The notes below the pieces were generated by a model. It made no database searches. It was not told where the DNA came from and saw nothing but the letters and a program-made list of their open reading frames with translations. Below are positions 48,431 through 60,550 of a DNA stretch of 64,000 nucleotides, one piece after another. This DNA is from Azolla caroliniana (lineage: Eukaryota > Plantae > Polypodiophyta): positions 3,782,001 to 3,846,000 of the forward strand of contig JBHGNT010000010.1 in the NCBI GenBank assembly GCA_043228905.1, read 5' to 3'. The position numbers and the translations under genes were made by a program. Position 1 is the stretch's first letter, and each line of letters begins with the position of its first letter.

Positions 48431-51400
48431 TGTGATGGTGTTATCACCAGAGCCTAAAAATGGTTTTAGACGACTGACGTGAAAAACAAGATGAATACCA
48501 ACGTTACGAGGTAAGGCAAGGTGATAAGCAGATGACCCAACTCGCTTAAGGATTTCAAATGGGCCACAATATCGTGGGGCTAACTTAGCGCACTTGCCCG
48601 TAGATAATGACGTAGAATCAGTCGGGACACGCAAAAAAACTTTTTGACCAATAGTAAATGCACGAGGACGTCTATCCTGATCAGCATAAAATCGAGCACG
48701 ATCTTGAGCTGTCTTGACATTTTCTTTGGCAATATGCAACATTTGGTTCATGTCTTGCAAAAAATTGTGTGTACTGTCTAATGTATCACGATGAATCGTG
48801 ACATCAACTGGGGCACGTGGCTGAAAACCATACATCAACATAAAAGGACTATATCCAGTGGATGTATGTTTAGAGCTATTATAGGCAAATTCTAAGATAG
48901 GAAGGTATTGCTCCCACTTAGAAGGGGTTTTTGCTACATAAGCTCGAAGCATGTCCTCAATAATTTGATTAACTCGTTCAGTTTGTCCATCAGACTGAGG
49001 ATGATCTGCGGAACTCATGCTCAACGTAGTTTCTAGTTTCTTAAAGACCTGAGTCCAAAAGTCACTAGTAAACTTGGAATCTCGATCACTAACAATATCC
49101 ATCGGTAATCCATAAAAACGAAATAACTCATCAACAAATTGATAAGCCAACTGTTGAGCGGTTACCGTGGTTTTTGTAGGAATAAATCTAGCTAATTTTG
49201 TTAGCCTGTCAACGACAACCCATATGGCATCATGACCCCTCTGTGTACGAGGTAAACTAACAATAAAATCCATCGAGATACTTTCCCATTTATTGTTGGG
49301 AATATCTAAGGGATGTAAAAGACCAGCAGCTTTAAGTCGTTCCGACTTATTAATCTGACATTGTAAGCATTGAGTTACGTATTTATGCACGTCAGAGCGC
49401 ATCTTAGGCCAGAAAAAAGTACACGAGATGAGAACGAGTGTGCGTTGTATTCCAAGATGACCAGCAGATGGTGCATCATGACATTCATGAAAAATTTTCT
49501 GTTTAACATTTGGTAAATCTGGAACACAGACCTTTCCACTACGGTAGAGCAAACCGTTTGTAATGTGAAAGGTCGCCTTCGAGGGTAGGGTGCTAGTATC
49601 GGCATCTAAACCAGATTCGGCTTTCGTCCAGTATTTTGAGAAATAACTGTCATCAAGGCATTTCCCTCGAAGGTGATCTAAAAGATCAGATTTTATTTCC
49701 GTGAAGCTAAGCATGTTAACTTCTTTAATGCGACTAAGAGCATCAGCAACGGTGTTCATAGAACCCTTGCGATATCGTATGGAAAAATCAAAATCTTGCA
49801 TAAGGTCAGCCCAACGGCCTTTACGACCAACAAGATCGGGCTGGTCACAAAAATACTTTAATGATTGATGGTCTGTTGTAACCACAAATTTATTTCCATA
49901 GAGATAGTGCCTCCATGTTTTAAGTGCGTGTATCACCGCAAACAACTCTTTCTCTTGAACCGAATACCGAGATTGAGCAGCATCAAGCTTCTTACTTTCA
50001 AAAGCAATAGGGTGACCACCTTGATAAAGAACGGCACCAATAGCATAATCACTAGCATCGGTTTCAATTGAGAAAGGCTTAGAAGGGTCTGGTAATAGAA
50101 GAGTGGGAGCCTGACACACATGCTCCTTGAGTGTCTCAAATGATTTGTCAAGTTGTTCATTCCATGAAATTGGTTTGACAGACTTACGTGGATGACCTTT
50201 TAAAAGGTCAGTTAATGGCGTAGTCAATTTGGAATAGTTACGAATTGATTTTCGTAAAAATCCAACAAACCCTAAGAATGATCTAAGTTCACGAATATTA
50301 CGAGGAATGGGCCAAAGTTTAACCTTTTCAATACGAGAAGGTTCAATTTCCACGCCATTTTCTGTAATTAAATGACCTAGGTACACAATAGATTTTTGGA
50401 AGAAGTCACATTTTGAATGTTTTGCATAGAAAGAGTTGTCACGCAACTTTCGCAAAACAAATCGAACATGTTGAACATGATCTTGCAAGGTACGGCTATA
50501 TATCAAAATATCATCCAAGAAGACGACAACAAAATCACCGAGTTGATCTCGGAAAACATCATTCATCGCTTGTTGGAATGTGGCTGGAGCATTAGTCAAC
50601 CCAAATGGCATGACTAAAAACTCATAATGGCCATAGCGCGTACGAAAAGCGGTTTTAGGAATATCATCCTCGGCGATGCGAATCTGATGATAACCAGTTC
50701 GTAAGTCAATTTTCGTAAAATATCGAGCCCCGTGCAAACGATCAATCAAATCATCGGCACGAGGTAATGGATATGCATTCTTAATTGTCATTTTATTCAA
50801 ACGGCGATAATTGATACACATTCGCCACGAACCTTCCTTCTTCTTGACTAATAGAACTGGCGCACCCCAAGGTGATTTACTATACCTAATGTGGCCCATA
50901 CTCAAGTATTCCTTAAGTTGTTTAGCGATCTCATCCTCTTCTAATCGACTAAGTCGGTAAGGTGGAATGCTCACAGGAGCAGCCCCAGGGATGAGTTCAA
51001 TTTGATGGTCCACATTACGTTTAGGTGGTAAAGTAAGCGGTAATTCAGTAGGAAACACATCTTGAAAATCCTCTAAAATAGAGTCGAGTAAGCGTTGCTC
51101 AAAATGTGGTAATTGTGTGGCGTCAATATTAAAATAATAAAATTGAACCGCAGGATCAATTACACACGAATAAATTAATGAACTAGAATACTCACTTAAA
51201 GATTTAGAAGACACAAGTGAATGAGAAGGAAGTTTGGAACATTGAATAAAATGTTTACAATTATTAAGTTCAAATGTGATTGAGTGATTAACCCAATCAA
51301 TGGACAAAGAAGGGTTTTTATTAAAAAACCAAGGATATCCTAAAATGACATCTGCGGATTGTAATTTCATAACATGAAAGTCAAGCTTCTCCAAATAAGT

Positions 51401-52615
51401 ATCTATTTGAATTGGCAGTTGACAAACAATGCCACTGATGTATTGAACGTTTCCATTTGCCATGTGAACTTGATAGATATGATCACTTGCGTTTATGTGG
51501 AGCTCCATTTGCTGCACAAAGTGATCATTAAGAAAATTGTGAGAACTACCGGAATCAAACAAGAAATGTGCTTGTGTTCCATTGATATATCCGACTGCTC
51601 GGAGTAAATCATTAGGTCCAAGTAAATGTGAAGGAAAAGTGCATTCACATAAACTTAAGTGATTGGTATGAACTTCAACAATATCAAAAGACTCACCTGT
51701 GTGACTCGTAGATTTGTCTTGAGGAGGGGTGTTCATTGACTTCCTCTCAAGACGACGACAGGTATCCTTTGTGTGGCCCCGCTTCTTGCAATATGCACAG
51801 AAGAGGTTCGGTTTCTTTGAGTCGCGGTCAAGAGTGTCACTGTATTGCTTACGTTTCCCAATGAACTTGACATTCGGAGTTTTGGCGAACTCAGGTTTAT
51901 TGTGGTCTTTCTTGGAAGTCCTATGGTATCGCAGCACAATGTTGACGGCTTCCTCGAAAGTTGTGGGGTCCTTGTCATGGACAATCCAATGATAATCCCC
52001 ATTGGGAATACCATTCAAAAAACAAGCGACAAACCATTTCTCACCCGTAAGTCCCGATTTTTGGATCTGGGTCCGAGCGTGATGCACATAATCCTCGAGA
52101 GAGGTAAATGGCTTACTAGACAATGTGAGCAAGTGTTGCGCTTGTTCGGTTTGAGAAGGTGGCTGCAAGAATTGTTTCTTAAAAACATCAACGAAACCTT
52201 CCCAAGTTGTGGGTAAGTTTTTTGCGGTCCTTAGGCCACGCCACCAAGCAGCAGCTCGGCCACCTAACTCACGACCGACATAACCAATTTTTACTGCATC
52301 GGGCTTGGGATGAAGCTCAAAGTGAGACTCCCAACGACCAAGCCAAGTGCTAATGGCCTCCTCGGTTCTTTCTTTCTTATCTCCCTTGAAAGGCGTGACT
52401 ACGAAGGAAGGTTCACCTTCTTTCTTGGACTCAATAGTTAATTCTTGGAATTTCTTTTCCAATGCCATATTGGCCTGTCTCATTTCGGCCAATTGATTCA
52501 AGGTAGTAGTGAGCAATTGCTCAATAGTGATCTCAGCTTGTGTGCGAGATGCGGATTGGGGTTGAGAGGTCTCATTTGGAGAGATCGTTCCAACTGCGTT
52601 GAAAACTTGTTCCAT
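48377..52615 (-). CDS. gag-pol: Single-ORF gag-pol polyprotein, 1412 aa (Gag, CCHC, protease, RT, RNase H, integrase)
   Basis: [85 protein letters not shown] and RYCGPF. Confidence 0.95.
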   Translation of the reverse strand: MEQVFNAVGTISPNETSQPQSASRTQAEITIEQLLTTTLNQLAEMRQANMALEKKFQELTIESKKEGEPSFVVTPFKGDKKERTEEAISTWLGRWESHFELHPKPDAVKIGYVGRELGGRAAAWWRGLRTAKNLPTTWEGFVDVFKKQFLQPPSQTEQAQHLLTLSSKPFTSLEDYVHHARTQIQKSGLTGEKWFVACFLNGIPNGDYHWIVHDKDPTTFEEAVNIVLRYHRTSKKDHNKPEFAKTPNVKFIGKRKQYSDTLDRDSKKPNLFCAYCKKRGHTKDTCRRLERKSMNTPPQDKSTSHTGESFDIVEVHTNHLSLCECTFPSHLLGPNDLLRAVGYINGTQAHFLFDSGSSHNFLNDHFVQQMELHINASDHIYQVHMANGNVQYISGIVCQLPIQIDTYLEKLDFHVMKLQSADVILGYPWFFNKNPSLSIDWVNHSITFELNNCKHFIQCSKLPSHSLVSSKSLSEYSSSLIYSCVIDPAVQFYYFNIDATQLPHFEQRLLDSILEDFQDVFPTELPLTLPPKRNVDHQIELIPGAAPVSIPPYRLSRLEEDEIAKQLKEYLSMGHIRYSKSPWGAPVLLVKKKEGSWRMCINYRRLNKMTIKNAYPLPRADDLIDRLHGARYFTKIDLRTGYHQIRIAEDDIPKTAFRTRYGHYEFLVMPFGLTNAPATFQQAMNDVFRDQLGDFVVVFLDDILIYSRTLQDHVQHVRFVLRKLRDNSFYAKHSKCDFFQKSIVYLGHLITENGVEIEPSRIEKVKLWPIPRNIRELRSFLGFVGFLRKSIRNYSKLTTPLTDLLKGHPRKSVKPISWNEQLDKSFETLKEHVCQAPTLLLPDPSKPFSIETDASDYAIGAVLYQGGHPIAFESKKLDAAQSRYSVQEKELFAVIHALKTWRHYLYGNKFVVTTDHQSLKYFCDQPDLVGRKGRWADLMQDFDFSIRYRKGSMNTVADALSRIKEVNMLSFTEIKSDLLDHLRGKCLDDSYFSKYWTKAESGLDADTSTLPSKATFHITNGLLYRSGKVCVPDLPNVKQKIFHECHDAPSAGHLGIQRTLVLISCTFFWPKMRSDVHKYVTQCLQCQINKSERLKAAGLLHPLDIPNNKWESISMDFIVSLPRTQRGHDAIWVVVDRLTKLARFIPTKTTVTAQQLAYQFVDELFRFYGLPMDIVSDRDSKFTSDFWTQVFKKLETTLSMSSADHPQSDGQTERVNQIIEDMLRAYVAKTPSKWEQYLPILEFAYNSSKHTSTGYSPFMLMYGFQPRAPVDVTIHRDTLDSTHNFLQDMNQMLHIAKENVKTAQDRARFYADQDRRPRAFTIGQKVFLRVPTDSTSLSTGKCAKLAPRYCGPFEILKRVGSSAYHLALPRNVGIHLVFHVSRLKPFLGSGDNTITIQESCNIRGFFLQTSCS

Positions 52616-53619
52616 GATGCACGCTGTGGGTATGCAATAAAATAAGGAGGTTCAGAAAATACACAAGCAAAATGAATGCTTGAAATTTTGATTGAAAGAA
52701 CTTTATCCAAGAAAGTATCTCATGTCTTTACCCCTCTAGACATATGAGATGTGATTCGAGATCCGATAACTATGGTAACACTATGGTGTTTTAAAAACCA
52801 TGGGAGAAAACATAGCTAAGATGTATTTCTCGGATCTCTATCTTGAGTAATCATGGCGGCTCCCTGAGGCTCAACCATGGTTCTTACATCACTGAAATTT
52901 CCTAGATAGCCTTATATTAATGCCAACCCATCATGTATTATATGGTCGAGAAAGTGTATTACGTGAAAAAACAAGTGCACTCACAAGTAATATTCTAGTC
53001 TTGCGAGCAATAAGCAAACGTGATGATAAAATGATAAAATAAGGCACTACTCATAAGAGTTAAGTAGTGACGAAAACAAGGGTAAAAAAAAAAAAAAAGA
53101 ACCCATGTGTTACCTACGAAAAAAACAATGTCCCAAATAAATGGGAAGTGCAAGGTATGCACATATACATCCCAATATGATTGTTATAACTTGCACAATT
53201 GTGACATAAGCCACAAATTGATACAAGTGATGACAGTGTTGTGCGCAAAGATGTAATATTCAATCAATGAGTAAAACATCAATAAGGGAACTCATATGGT
53301 TTTACTCGTTTTCTAAGGCTTGATGATAAGAGTTAAACCTAGATGACCCGTTGAAAAAAAATCGTTCAACAAGCCACTCCATACGAAAAAAATAGTCTAC
53401 ACGTAAAGGTTACATTAAAAATAAACGATGTAAATACTTTATACATGAAAAGGAAGTGGAAAAAGGATAGTTAATTGTGGGCGGGTAAATAATAATTACT
53501 AGAAAATCATATAAGTGAAACAATACTTATGAAATTAAAATTTAATTAGAATAATCAACAATTAGGTGTATGGAATCAAACATGCCCTAAGATACAAAAC
53601 CCTAGGGTAGTTGACATGC

Positions 53620-53960
53620 ACCTCCTCAAGACCACCACATATCCCTAGAATCGGCCAAGTAATGGCTAATTAAAGAGGAAAGTGGCATAGGTAAGTGACA
53701 TATACCTCGTCAAGGCCACATCATCCCTTAGAATCGGCCAATTGATGGCTAATTAAAAAGGAAAGTGGCATATGTAAGCTACATATACCTTGTCAAGGCC
53801 ACAACATCCCATAGAATCGGCCAATTGATGGCTTAATAGAGAGTAGAGTGGCATAGGTAGGCAACATACACCTCGTGAAGGCCACATCATCCCTTAGAAT
53901 CGGCCAAGTGATGGCTCAATAGAGAGGAAGAGTGGTATACTCAACATCATATGCAAAACG
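53620..53960. repeat. ~85-bp tandem repeat (4 copies) in the 1.75-kb 5' leader of the chromovirus
   Basis: Recurring ACCTCGTCAAGGCCACATCATCCCTTAGAATCGGCCAA..GATGGCT. Confidence 0.75.
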
Positions 53961-54853
53961 GCCATGAGATAAGCGTGTGCGATTAGAGCAAACACGCTCG
54001 ACCCAATGCACAAGAATAATTATTATCGTAAGAGTTCAAGAGAGGAGAGAGTGGGATATATATCGCAATATGCAAAAGGCCATGAGTTGAGCGTGTGCGA
54101 TTAGTGCAAACACGCTCGGCCCGATGCATAATAATAAGTAAAATCGTAGCGTAGTAGGAGGTAGAAAGAAAGAGAATAAAACGTAATACCAATTTGATTC
54201 GACCATAAAGAACGCATAATAGAAAAAGAGAAGAGATCAAAAAAGAAGAATATCGGGTTTAGAGTGTTGTTTTGATCCTGAGAAGAGCATGACGAGCCTT
54301 GTTAGATCCCCCTCGCTCACACGCAAAAAACATCAAAACAACAAAAAAATTGTTAGTAAAAGCTCTGATACCACTGTTAAGAGTCTATTACTAATCAATA
54401 GACCAAATCAAGTAATAAGGAAGAAAATAGATTGGATAGAAGAACCCGTTCCACCCGACCACCCCCGAGCTATGATCTAGACATAGCCAACCTACCACCG
54501 ACGTCCCATACCGCCGGATATTAGGATGACTAATACCTTGGAAGAGATAAACACGATCGTCGAGACGAAAGCCTAGCCCGCACCACCGGTGTCTACGACA
54601 GCAGCCTTCCGACGTGATGATCCTTATGAGGGTAGCTAAGCCTCATATTTATACCTTTTCCTAGGCCCCTTGAATAGATGTGCCTTTCTAAAAGGCTCTC
54701 TATTCATTGGTTGTCTAAATCATGATAGTGCATGCACATATCATTCATTCTATCCAATCATTAGTCCCCTTTTTAATAATAGTGAACATACCCTTCACTA
54801 ATGTAAATATTAGTGACCTACCCTCACCAACGTTATGTGTACATAACAGGTTT

Positions 54854-56113
54854 GTTGTTCTATGTCTGAGGCGAGCTTGAATGCCGGAGTCGCCTTTTCT
54901 TTTCCCTTACCTCTGGAGTTCCAGCTTTCCGGTATCTTCGATGGCCCGCCCGCATCCTCCGTGCGTCGTCGTTTCTCGTCCACATACACCTTATGCAATT
55001 GACACAGGGCGTATACGCTATTCTTGTCGACAGGGCACTCCCATCCCGTAGCTTCCCGGACGCCTTCCGCGGTGCTTCGGATCTTGTTGGAGTCGGTTTT
55101 CTCGGTGTTTTCTAGAACTTCCGACCAAAAAGACGTCTCTGCTCTCGATGACTCCCCGACACATATTCCCGCGGTTGTCGCATAGTTGCTTCTTGCCGCC
55201 AATTCCTCCTCGAGCACCTTCTTCATGCCGCCTTTCCAAAAGTTCGGTCGGAGTGGCTTCCGAGAGTCCATCGAATGAATCCGGTTTCCCTCGTAGTAGA
55301 TGAGATCCCGCCGTAGCGCCTCCTTATGCTCGTCGCAATCCCTTCGATCGTGTTCGGCACTATCGCACCATATGCACCGTCGGTTTGTATACTTGGAGCT
55401 TGTGGGGCGGTCATCCGACTTCTTCACCATCGCGATCTTCAGATTCTCCATCTCCTTCAATAGTTACTCCACCGTAGATGCATCAATCCCCTTCTCGGTT
55501 GTAGTCTCCCGAGCCCTCGGTTGATGGTCTTCCAATCCGGTTCTCGGTTTCGGAATCGGTTCCGAAACCCTCTTTTCCTCGTTGGCAAGCCATTGCCCCC
55601 TCTTCGTGTATCGCGCAACGATATCCCGCACGCTTTCCCATGTTTCGGTGAGGCCACTCTCCGTGGTCGTGTCCTCCAAGAGCACTCCGAGATCTTTCCG
55701 GTCCCGGACGTCCACGGCTCGCAAGAACATGATCACCTTGTCCGGTACGAGGATAGCTTGATCTCTCGCGGACAACCTCCCAAACCGGCTTTCGAATGCC
55801 GAAAACACATCAACGACCTTCAATCCCTTGTCCGACGTCTCCACGCAATCTTCGAATCCCCTTCGCGTCGCCTTGGAGGAATCCTCGATGGCGAACGTCC
55901 TCTTTAGCTCTTCTTCAAACGCCTCCCATGTCGGATTGCTTGCATCTCCGCCTTGTAGTCCCGAAGATACTGTGACACGTCTTTCCCGTTGAATTGCCCG
56001 TTTCGTTGCACGAGCCGCCCCACTGATGCCGCTATCTCCGACATCGCGCGTTGTTCTTGTAGCATGCGCTCGAACATCATCATCATGTTGCTAGCCTCTG
56101 GTTGATTTTCCAT
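54854..56113 (-). pseudogene. gag: N-terminal gag of the tRNA-Trp element (fragmented)
   Basis: ORFs 55904-56113 (GQFNGKDVSQYL), 55464-55844 and 54810-55460 (CIWCDSAEHDRRDC); starts just after the PBS. Confidence 0.8.
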
Positions 56114-56131
56114 CTCCTTGCCACCCGGTGT

Positions 56132-56149
56132 TTCACGTCGGGTTCACCA
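56132..56149 (-). promoter_or_regulatory. 18-nt tRNA-Trp primer-binding site
   Basis: The plus strand reads TTCACGTCGGGTTCACCA, identical to the plant tRNA-Trp(CCA) 3' end as recalled. Four nt from the LTR. Confidence 0.85.
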
Positions 56150-57275
56150 ACTATGTCGTGCCTTTCGGCTCCGGATCGTTGCGTGAGTTGGGTGGGAACC
56201 GCCGAGGTTTTGGACTAGGAGGAAGAAAAATACAAATAAGGCTAGTAAAGAATAGGTATAGTGCTAAATATAGTGCTCACGCACGCTAGATGTGCATGAG
56301 TCACTTTTTAGTTGCTTGCGTTTTTCTATAAAATATTCACGCACTCTAAAAATGCATAATTTACCTTTTAATAAAGGTAGGCGCAAATAAAGAACTTATA
56401 GTTATTAAATCTATTTGTAGAACACTAAAGATAAGGTAGCATAATGGTAAAGTTGAGGTTTGGCTACATGGAGGAATAGGGTTCGAATCTTGCGTTATGC
56501 ACGTGATAAATATTTTGATATATTATTTATTTATTTATATGTATCTAAAATCGGATATATTATTTTATGGTTTTCACGTAGTGTGTGGAATACACTACGA
56601 CAGCGCAGCCGGAGTGCGGATTACGAAAGACCAGTTCCTCACCAGACGGAATCTCTCACCCTTCTCCGAACTTGGCATGTACCGGTGCACGTGCGGTTTG
56701 GTGGGGGCGGATGTCGTGAAGATTCCGGGCCATGGTGAGAAACCGGGGAATATCAGAAGAATCGGCGGAGTGCATCATGTGCACCTACCCTTATAAAAAC
56801 GTGTGAATAATAGGGGTGCCTTTATGGCGTCGAGTAGGAGTCAAGTCGGAGCAGAGAATCCCATGTAAATCGGGATTTATCCCACATTGTAACGCATCCC
56901 TCTCCTTGTTCTATAAAAGGAAGGGAGGGTCCCTTGTAGAGGGGTTGCCCGTTTTGAGTTAGGAGGGTATACCGTTAGATTTAGGGTAGTTCTTGGTCTT
57001 CATCTTTCTCTTATTCACTTAGGGTTTGTACTTTGGTCTTTCACCCTACTTCGTTTTAGGGTTTCATCTTGGTAGCTTTCTTCTTCTCCTTCATGTCTGT
57101 TAGGGTTTAGTCCGGTGAAGAGCCTGTATGTTCAGTGGGGTTTGCTTCTGCTCGGTCTCCTATGCAAGACCCCGCTCGGCGCGACAAGCCCGAGAGCTCC
57201 TCGATCGGCGGCTTGACAGTAGACTGTTGTTGTAACCTAACCTACCCTGGTCCAACTGGAAGCCAAGGTTGTATC

Positions 57276-57938
57276 TGTTGGGAGACAGGTCCCTCCGGAT
57301 GGGAAGGGAGAAGAACAGTGCCGACGAACAAACTCGGCTACGGAGAGCCGGATGATACAGGCCCGGTGTGAACCGGATGAGGAGTACCCGGCTACGGAGA
57401 GCCGGATGATACAGGCCCGGTGTGAACCGGATGAGTAGTACCCGGCTACGGAGAGCCGGATGGTGCGGAACCGGTATGAACCGGAGGAAGAGACATATTC
57501 GTAAATATGTTTCTGAGAGCCCATTGTGGCTACATTTGTAAATAGCCGAAAAGTCATATTAGTATAAATATGACTTAGGGCAAACTTTTAAGTTAGTGGT
57601 CGTTCTTCCTTGTTGGTGCAAGAAGAAGAGAGAGCACGTAACTGTACAGAGAGAGAGAGAACGAGGTCGTTGCCTCTGTTGTAACCGCCGCCTGTGGCGA
57701 AGATCGTGAGCTCGAGGTCGTTACCTCCGTGTACTCATTGTTTTGTACATTCATACATAGTGACAGTTTGCAGCCTGTGGGCTGCCGTGGTTTTTTCCCC
57801 TAGTTTGGGGTTTTCCACGATAACCTCCTGTGTATTCTTCCTCTCCTTTGTGTCGCGCTTCATTTCTCGTTTTCTGTGTATGAAAAGAATCTCGGTTGTG
57901 GCCGAGCGTTGGACATAAGGAGCTAGGAGTTCCCGTTA
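57276..57938 (+). mobile_element. Copia solo LTR related to the 23643 family
   Basis: TGTTGGGA..GGTCCCTCCGGATGGGA start, shared TATAAATATGACTTAGGGCAAAC and GAGGTCGTTGCCTCTGT blocks, TSD GTATC (57271-57275, 57939-57943), and ~56-bp internal repeats. Confidence 0.85.
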
Positions 57939-58224
57939 GTATCTCCCTCTTGTAATATATATATATATATATAGATATATATATATATATATATGGTTTT
58001 GCACATCCGTGTCTCTGATGGTGTCGGGTGTTTCTACCCCCTTTGTTTTCTGTACATAAGGGTCCGTGTTGCGCGCAAGCTCTCACTCTCTCACTCTCTG
58101 TCTCGTGGTCGGTAGCCTCTGGTACATGTCCGGAGTCGGTTTCTTGGCATCCCTCTCTCCCTCGTCCGAGACCCCCGTGGTCCCGCCCCTTTCGACAAGC
58201 ACTCGCAAAATACCGCAACAAAGG

Positions 58225-58801
58225 TGTGTGTGAAAATGAGAGGAGAGGGAGTTAAGGCCCCATCAATCTCTCCTCCTAATATTAAGGCAAATATTCTTCT
58301 TTGAAAAGAGAGGAATATTTGGCCTCTCCCTTTTGTCATAAGCCTCATCTTTTTCCACTATAAAAGGGGGTGAGGGGTCACCATTGAAGGGGTCGCCATT
58401 TTGTCATTTGAGGTAGACCGTTAGAGTTTCTTTTCTTCTTCATCATCTTGTCCCTATTTCGTTTGAGGGTTTCGGTTCTAGGTTCCCCTTGCTATCATTT
58501 TCCTTTCTCTTGATTAGGGTTAGTTCTTCTTTCTATTCGGTGAGGTTTTCTTCTAGTTGTGCTTCAATCTGGCTTGGCCATGGTTGTAAATCGTATTGTG
58601 GCTTTCGTGCCCTATAATGGAATTAGCTTGATCAATCTTGTCTCGATCTAGCTCTTTATCTTTCTAATCTTCACACATTATTCCTCCCATTTTGTGCTCG
58701 GAGGTTCGGTTAAGCTTCCATTTTTCCCCTTCTTTTACTCCCTAGTTCAAGACCCCCGTGGTCCCACCCAAGCTGACACGTACACGCGGATTTCCGCGAC
58801 A
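58225..58801 (+). mobile_element. Diverged LTR of the tRNA-Trp group
   Basis: TATAAAAGG..GAAGGGGTCGCCATTTT core, GACCCCCGTGGTCCC block and terminus TTTCCGCGACA at 58801. Start approximate. Confidence 0.55.
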
Positions 58802-60550
58802 ACGAGATGATCGGGGAGGACGGGTGCCGAAAGTTCGTGGCCGACCACATCTTCGATTGTGAGACGGTACTGCAGAGGCTGGAAGGAGCACAACTTACGT
58901 TCTTGAGGGAGAAGTCGGCATTCGGGCAGTCGAGATTCCTGGTGGTCAGACACCTATGCGGGTCATACAGTCGGAAACCATCTCCGACCAAGGTAGAGGC
59001 CATCTCGGCGATGAAGGAGGAATGCAGGACAAACACGGAGATCCGACAGTTCCTAGGATCATGTGCCTTCTACCACATATGGATTCCCCACTAGCCACAC
59101 ATTGTTGAGCCACTCTATGGCTTACTGAAGAAGGTGCGGAAGTTTGTATTGGGAGAAAAGCACTCAGAGGCGATGTGGCGACTAAAGGGGATGTTGACGA
59201 CGGCATCGGCTCTCCGGAAAGCAGTCTATGGGAAGGGTGCTCCGGTGTATGTGACGGTCAACATGAATCCGACAGGAATCGGATGGGTGATCAATCAAGA
59301 GGACAAAGGCGGAACGAGGTTTGTCATCTGGTTGGGTGTGAAGGTTTTGAGTGAGCGACAATGAGGATATGTCCAAGTCAAACGAGAACTATTGGGTATC
59401 ATTTCGGTAGTGAAGGCCAACAAAGACCACTTTATCGGGACTGAGGTAATTATTGAGACGGATTGCCATCCGATTCTCCGAATGCACAACTCCGAACCTG
59501 GCGATATTCAGGTGGATCGCGTACCTCAAGTCCTTGAACCCAAAAGTCTGACACATTTCCAAGAAAGAGAATGCCAAGGTTTTGAGTGAGCGACAACGAG
59601 GATACGTCCAAGTCAAACGAGAACTATGGGGTATCATTTCGGCAATGAAGGCCAACAAAGACTACTTTATCGGGACCGAGGTAATTATTGAGACAGATTG
59701 CCTCCCGATTCTCCGAATGCGCGACTCCGAACCTGGCGATATTTAGGTGGATCGCATACCTCAAGTCCTTGAACCCAAAAATCTGACACATTTCCGAGAA
59801 AGAGAATGACATGGGCGATATGCTATCGAGAGCACAGTTCAAGGGAAAAGAAGGCATGGTATCAGAGGATGAGGAAGTCAGAGTCGACATCTTCGAGTCA
59901 GCTCAGCTGACAGCCAATGATCAAAGCACTCTGACCCTGAACAAGTTCAACAAAACCGACTATGACAGGGAGTGGCTTCTAATCAGGAGATTCCTGAGCA
60001 CGATGACGGTGGACGCATCATGGACGAAGGAGAAAGTGAGTTGGATCCAGAAGAAGGTGTACAACTTCTTCCTATGAGACGGGTGATTTGGCGGCATCTG
60101 AAGAGGCAAAACGGCACACCATTTCAGGTGGTGGCCAGGAGAGAGGACCAACTGGTATTGCTGACCGAGTTTCATGAGACCCATGGTCTGGACATCCGGG
60201 AACGTGGGCCACATTCGAGAAGCTCAAGGAGAGGTACTAGTGGTCAGGAATGTACAAGGACATGCGAGAGTTGTCAAGTACATTTGGGAGTTCGACACCA
60301 TGATGAGTTGTACCCGACCTACCCACCAACCATTCACTTCAAGTGGATGGTTGACTTAGTGATGATGTCGATGGGGGTGGGACAGGTGAGGTACTTGGTG
60401 CTTGCAAGAGAAGGCCTAAGAACCAAGTGGAAGGTTGAGCCTTGGCGAACAAAACGACCGCAGCCATATGTCAGTTCTTAATCGAGGACGTGATTTGCCA
60501 GTACATATGTGTCGAGAAGATAGTGGCTGATCGAGGGGAGCTGGATGCGG
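58802..60550 (+). pseudogene. pol: Heavily degraded gypsy pol fragment (RT end, RNase H, integrase) with a ~237-bp internal tandem duplication
   Basis: GCRKFVADHI, FYHIWIPH, GIGWVINQ and HFKWMVDLV; 59339-59575 is repeated at 59576-59810. Confidence 0.85.

Larger units (their letters stand above)
47730..54848 (-). mobile_element. Very young full-length chromovirus (Ty3/gypsy)
   Basis: 474-bp LTRs 47730-48203 and 54375-54848 differ at about one position. Perfect TSD GGTTT. PBS TGGTATCAGAGC (54373-54362); PPT at 48204-48219. Confidence 0.97.
42729..56602 (-). mobile_element. Full-length tRNA-Trp-primed Ty3/gypsy element (non-chromovirus; DHG protease), containing a nested chromovirus
   Basis: LTRs 42729-43448 and 56154-56602 (the latter with a ~270-bp deletion). 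PBS 56132-56149; PPT at about 43449-43460. TSD GCGT/GCGC. Gag at 56113-54854 plus 47729-47038; pol at 47047-43406. Confidence 0.92.
41519..58220 (+). mobile_element. 3' part of a non-autonomous tRNA-Trp-family element (internal domain plus 3' LTR 56712-58220) hosting several insertions
   Basis: Segments 41519-41914, 42618-42728 and 56603-56711 join into sequence colinear with 10260-10740. PPT followed by TGTCGTGAAG at 56712; LTR end TACCGCAACA at 58220. Confidence 0.75.
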
